From positions 1 through 27,723 of the IMG/VR virus record IMGVR_UViG_3300037515_000743: DNA of 27,723 nt, one strand, 5' to 3'. Below, piece after piece: positions 26,243-27,723 of the stretch. Source of the DNA: a virus (Duplodnaviria > Caudoviricetes). A program made the position numbers and the translations under genes. Every line of letters starts with the position of its first letter. The first letter of the stretch is position 1. The notes beneath the pieces were generated by a model. The model was not told where the DNA came from. It was given only the letters and a program-made list of their open reading frames with translations, and did not search any database.

Positions 26243-27530
26243 CGGAGCTCTCCTTCTCTGATTGGGCCGGGGGCGGATAGACGATGGCGAACGGGCGCTC
26301 GGAACCCATCACGCAATGGACGAGCCCGAGCCCGGCGCACAGGCGTTCGACGGCCTGCATCACGGACGGGCTGTTGGCGTCGTCGAACAGGTAGCGGTCG
26401 GCCTTGATACGAAGCGCCCCCGATCGGTCGCCGAGATGCCTGGGCGGGCCGTCGACCAGGGCGAGGGCGAAGGTTTCCGGTAATCCCTCAAGAGATGCCG
26501 ATGCGTACCATCCGTCGGCAAGGGGGGCGCAGCGTACGTCGATCCGTTCGATCAGCCCGTGTTCCCGTGCCGCAGTGACGGCGCGGTACTGCCAGCCGGC
26601 ATCATGCTCCAACGCATGAATCGTGACGTTCGGGTTCGCCGCCGCCATCGCCAGCGTGGTCGCGCCGGAGCCGCATTCGAGGATCGGGCCATCGACATCG
26701 CGCGCGAGAAGGATGGCCGCCGTGAGAAGATCGGCCGTCGCGGCCCATGGGTTGTTGCCCCATCCCTCGAGGAGGGAAACGGCGGTTTCGTTCGTCTCGC
26801 GCCCGGCCGCGATCTCGGCCAATGCCGCGGCGAGCCGGTCGGACTGCTCGACCCTGAGATAATGGCCGAGGCTGCCGGACCATGACTTCGGCCCGGTGTG
26901 CTCCATGAAGGCGTCTGGCATGAGCCATATCCGGCCGCCCATAGCCCGCCACTTGCGGCAGAAGGTGTAATCCCCGCCCCAGCGCGTCATGCCCTCCAAT
27001 GTCCGCTCGAAGATCAGCGGGGCAGGATCGCCGTGACGGTTCTTGCCGTGGTATTTCGGGGCCGCCTCGGCCAGGCGTTCGAGAACGTGGCGCCGGATGC
27101 GCAGGAATCCCGTGGGGACGCCCTCGACCTCAAACGGACCGTCATCCGGGCTCGGGTCCGGGGCGAGGAACCTCACGGGGAACCCGCCCTCGGCCTGCTT
27201 GAAAGGATAGGTGGCGGCCACCACGTCGCCCTCGGCGCGGAGAAGCGCCACCAGATCGCGGGCCTCCCAGCGGATATCCGCGTCGATGAACACCAGATCC
27301 GTGCAGTCGCTCATAAGGAACTGGCGGACCAGCCAGTTGCGCGCATCATCGACATGCACATCGCCTGCGTAGATGGCTGGCTCCGCCTGGATGCCGGCCG
27401 CGCAAAGGGCGGCGGCACTCTCGAACAGGGCGAACCCGTAACCGGGGTCCAGGCCCCCGATCACGGGTGTCGCGAGAAACGCTTTCTGCCCGCGGGCCGG
27501 AGGGCCAAAGCGGTAATACATCCTGGCCAT
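26223..27530 (-). CDS. Glycosyltransferase (GT-A) fused to a class I SAM-dependent methyltransferase
   Basis: N-terminal LVFIDADI, TGFLRIRR and GGDYTFCRKW; C-terminal ILECGSGATT, ALEHD and ALVDGPP; GGAGG RBS. Confidence 0.82.
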   Translation of the reverse strand: MARMYYRFGPPARGQKAFLATPVIGGLDPGYGFALFESAAALCAAGIQAEPAIYAGDVHVDDARNWLVRQFLMSDCTDLVFIDADIRWEARDLVALLRAEGDVVAATYPFKQAEGGFPVRFLAPDPSPDDGPFEVEGVPTGFLRIRRHVLERLAEAAPKYHGKNRHGDPAPLIFERTLEGMTRWGGDYTFCRKWRAMGGRIWLMPDAFMEHTGPKSWSGSLGHYLRVEQSDRLAAALAEIAAGRETNETAVSLLEGWGNNPWAATADLLTAAILLARDVDGPILECGSGATTLAMAAANPNVTIHALEHDAGWQYRAVTAAREHGLIERIDVRCAPLADGWYASASLEGLPETFALALVDGPPRHLGDRSGALRIKADRYLFDDANSPSVMQAVERLCAGLGLVHCVMGSERPFAIVYPPPAQSEKESSDEASAA

Positions 27531-27553
27531 GGGGCCCTCCGGCGTGGCGGTTG

Positions 27554-27723
27554 CTACTTGATGACGCCCTTGGCGACGAGGGCGGCATGGATCGCCGCCA
27601 CGTCGGCCGCGAGCAGCGTGGTGGTCGCGTCGGTCGTGGTGTGCGTGAGCGACACCGTCGTCTGCGCGGCGACGGAGCCGTGCATGCCGACCTTGGAGTC
27701 GGCCGAGTCGCCGAGCGAATACC
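27554..27723 (-). CDS. 3' end of a putative head decoration/head fibre protein (partial)
   Basis: ...LGDSADSKVGMHGSVAAQTTVSLTHTTTDATTTLLAADVAAIHAALVAKGVIK*; this pattern is typical of small proteins following the major capsid gene. Confidence 0.55.
   Translation of the reverse strand, partial: YSLGDSADSKVGMHGSVAAQTTVSLTHTTTDATTTLLAADVAAIHAALVAKGVIK

Larger units (their letters stand above)
1..27723. mobile_element. Temperate P22-like phage genome segment (integration module, lysis, tail/ejection and head-completion genes)
   Basis: Contains int/xis/attP, a GH24 endolysin, and P22 gp4/gp10/gp7-like genes in conserved order; no host housekeeping genes seen. Confidence 0.95.

Noticed and set aside
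1-27723. CRISPR array, diversity-generating retroelement or IS element
   Set aside because: No spaced repeat array, reverse transcriptase, template/variable repeat pair or transposase was seen.

Overview
This high-GC window is about 28 kb of a temperate, P22-like (podovirus-type) phage, probably infecting an alphaproteobacterium; the host is inferred from the Flp pilin with a CtrA-like box upstream. The left end (+ strand) carries a HerA/FtsK-like ATPase, an excisionase and a tyrosine integrase. These are followed by an attP-like site: the 3' half of tRNA-Val(CAC) flanked by two IHF-consensus sites. Phage genes lie on both sides, so this looks like the free or excised genome. The rest is a long minus-strand late operon in P22-like order: putative head decoration protein, two glycosyltransferases (one fused to a methyltransferase), gp4-, gp10-, tail-, GNAT/gp14-, gp7- and gp20-like genes, a 2659-aa polyvalent ejection protein, tail fibre genes and a lysis cassette. 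The lysis cassette is extended by a lipase, a BTLCP/LapG-like protease and an exported HNH/DUF1524 nuclease. Highlights are (1) Acb1-like 2H phosphoesterase, ADP-ribosyltransferase and zincin modules inside the giant virion protein, with PAF linkers and an exact 20-bp repeat bracketing the ART cassette; (2) a stand-alone antisense Flp pilin moron with a CtrA-like box and its own terminator; (3) two tiny antisense membrane ORFs at the P22 sieA position; and (4) glycosyltransferases within the head genes. All family calls come from motif recognition by eye; no searches were run.
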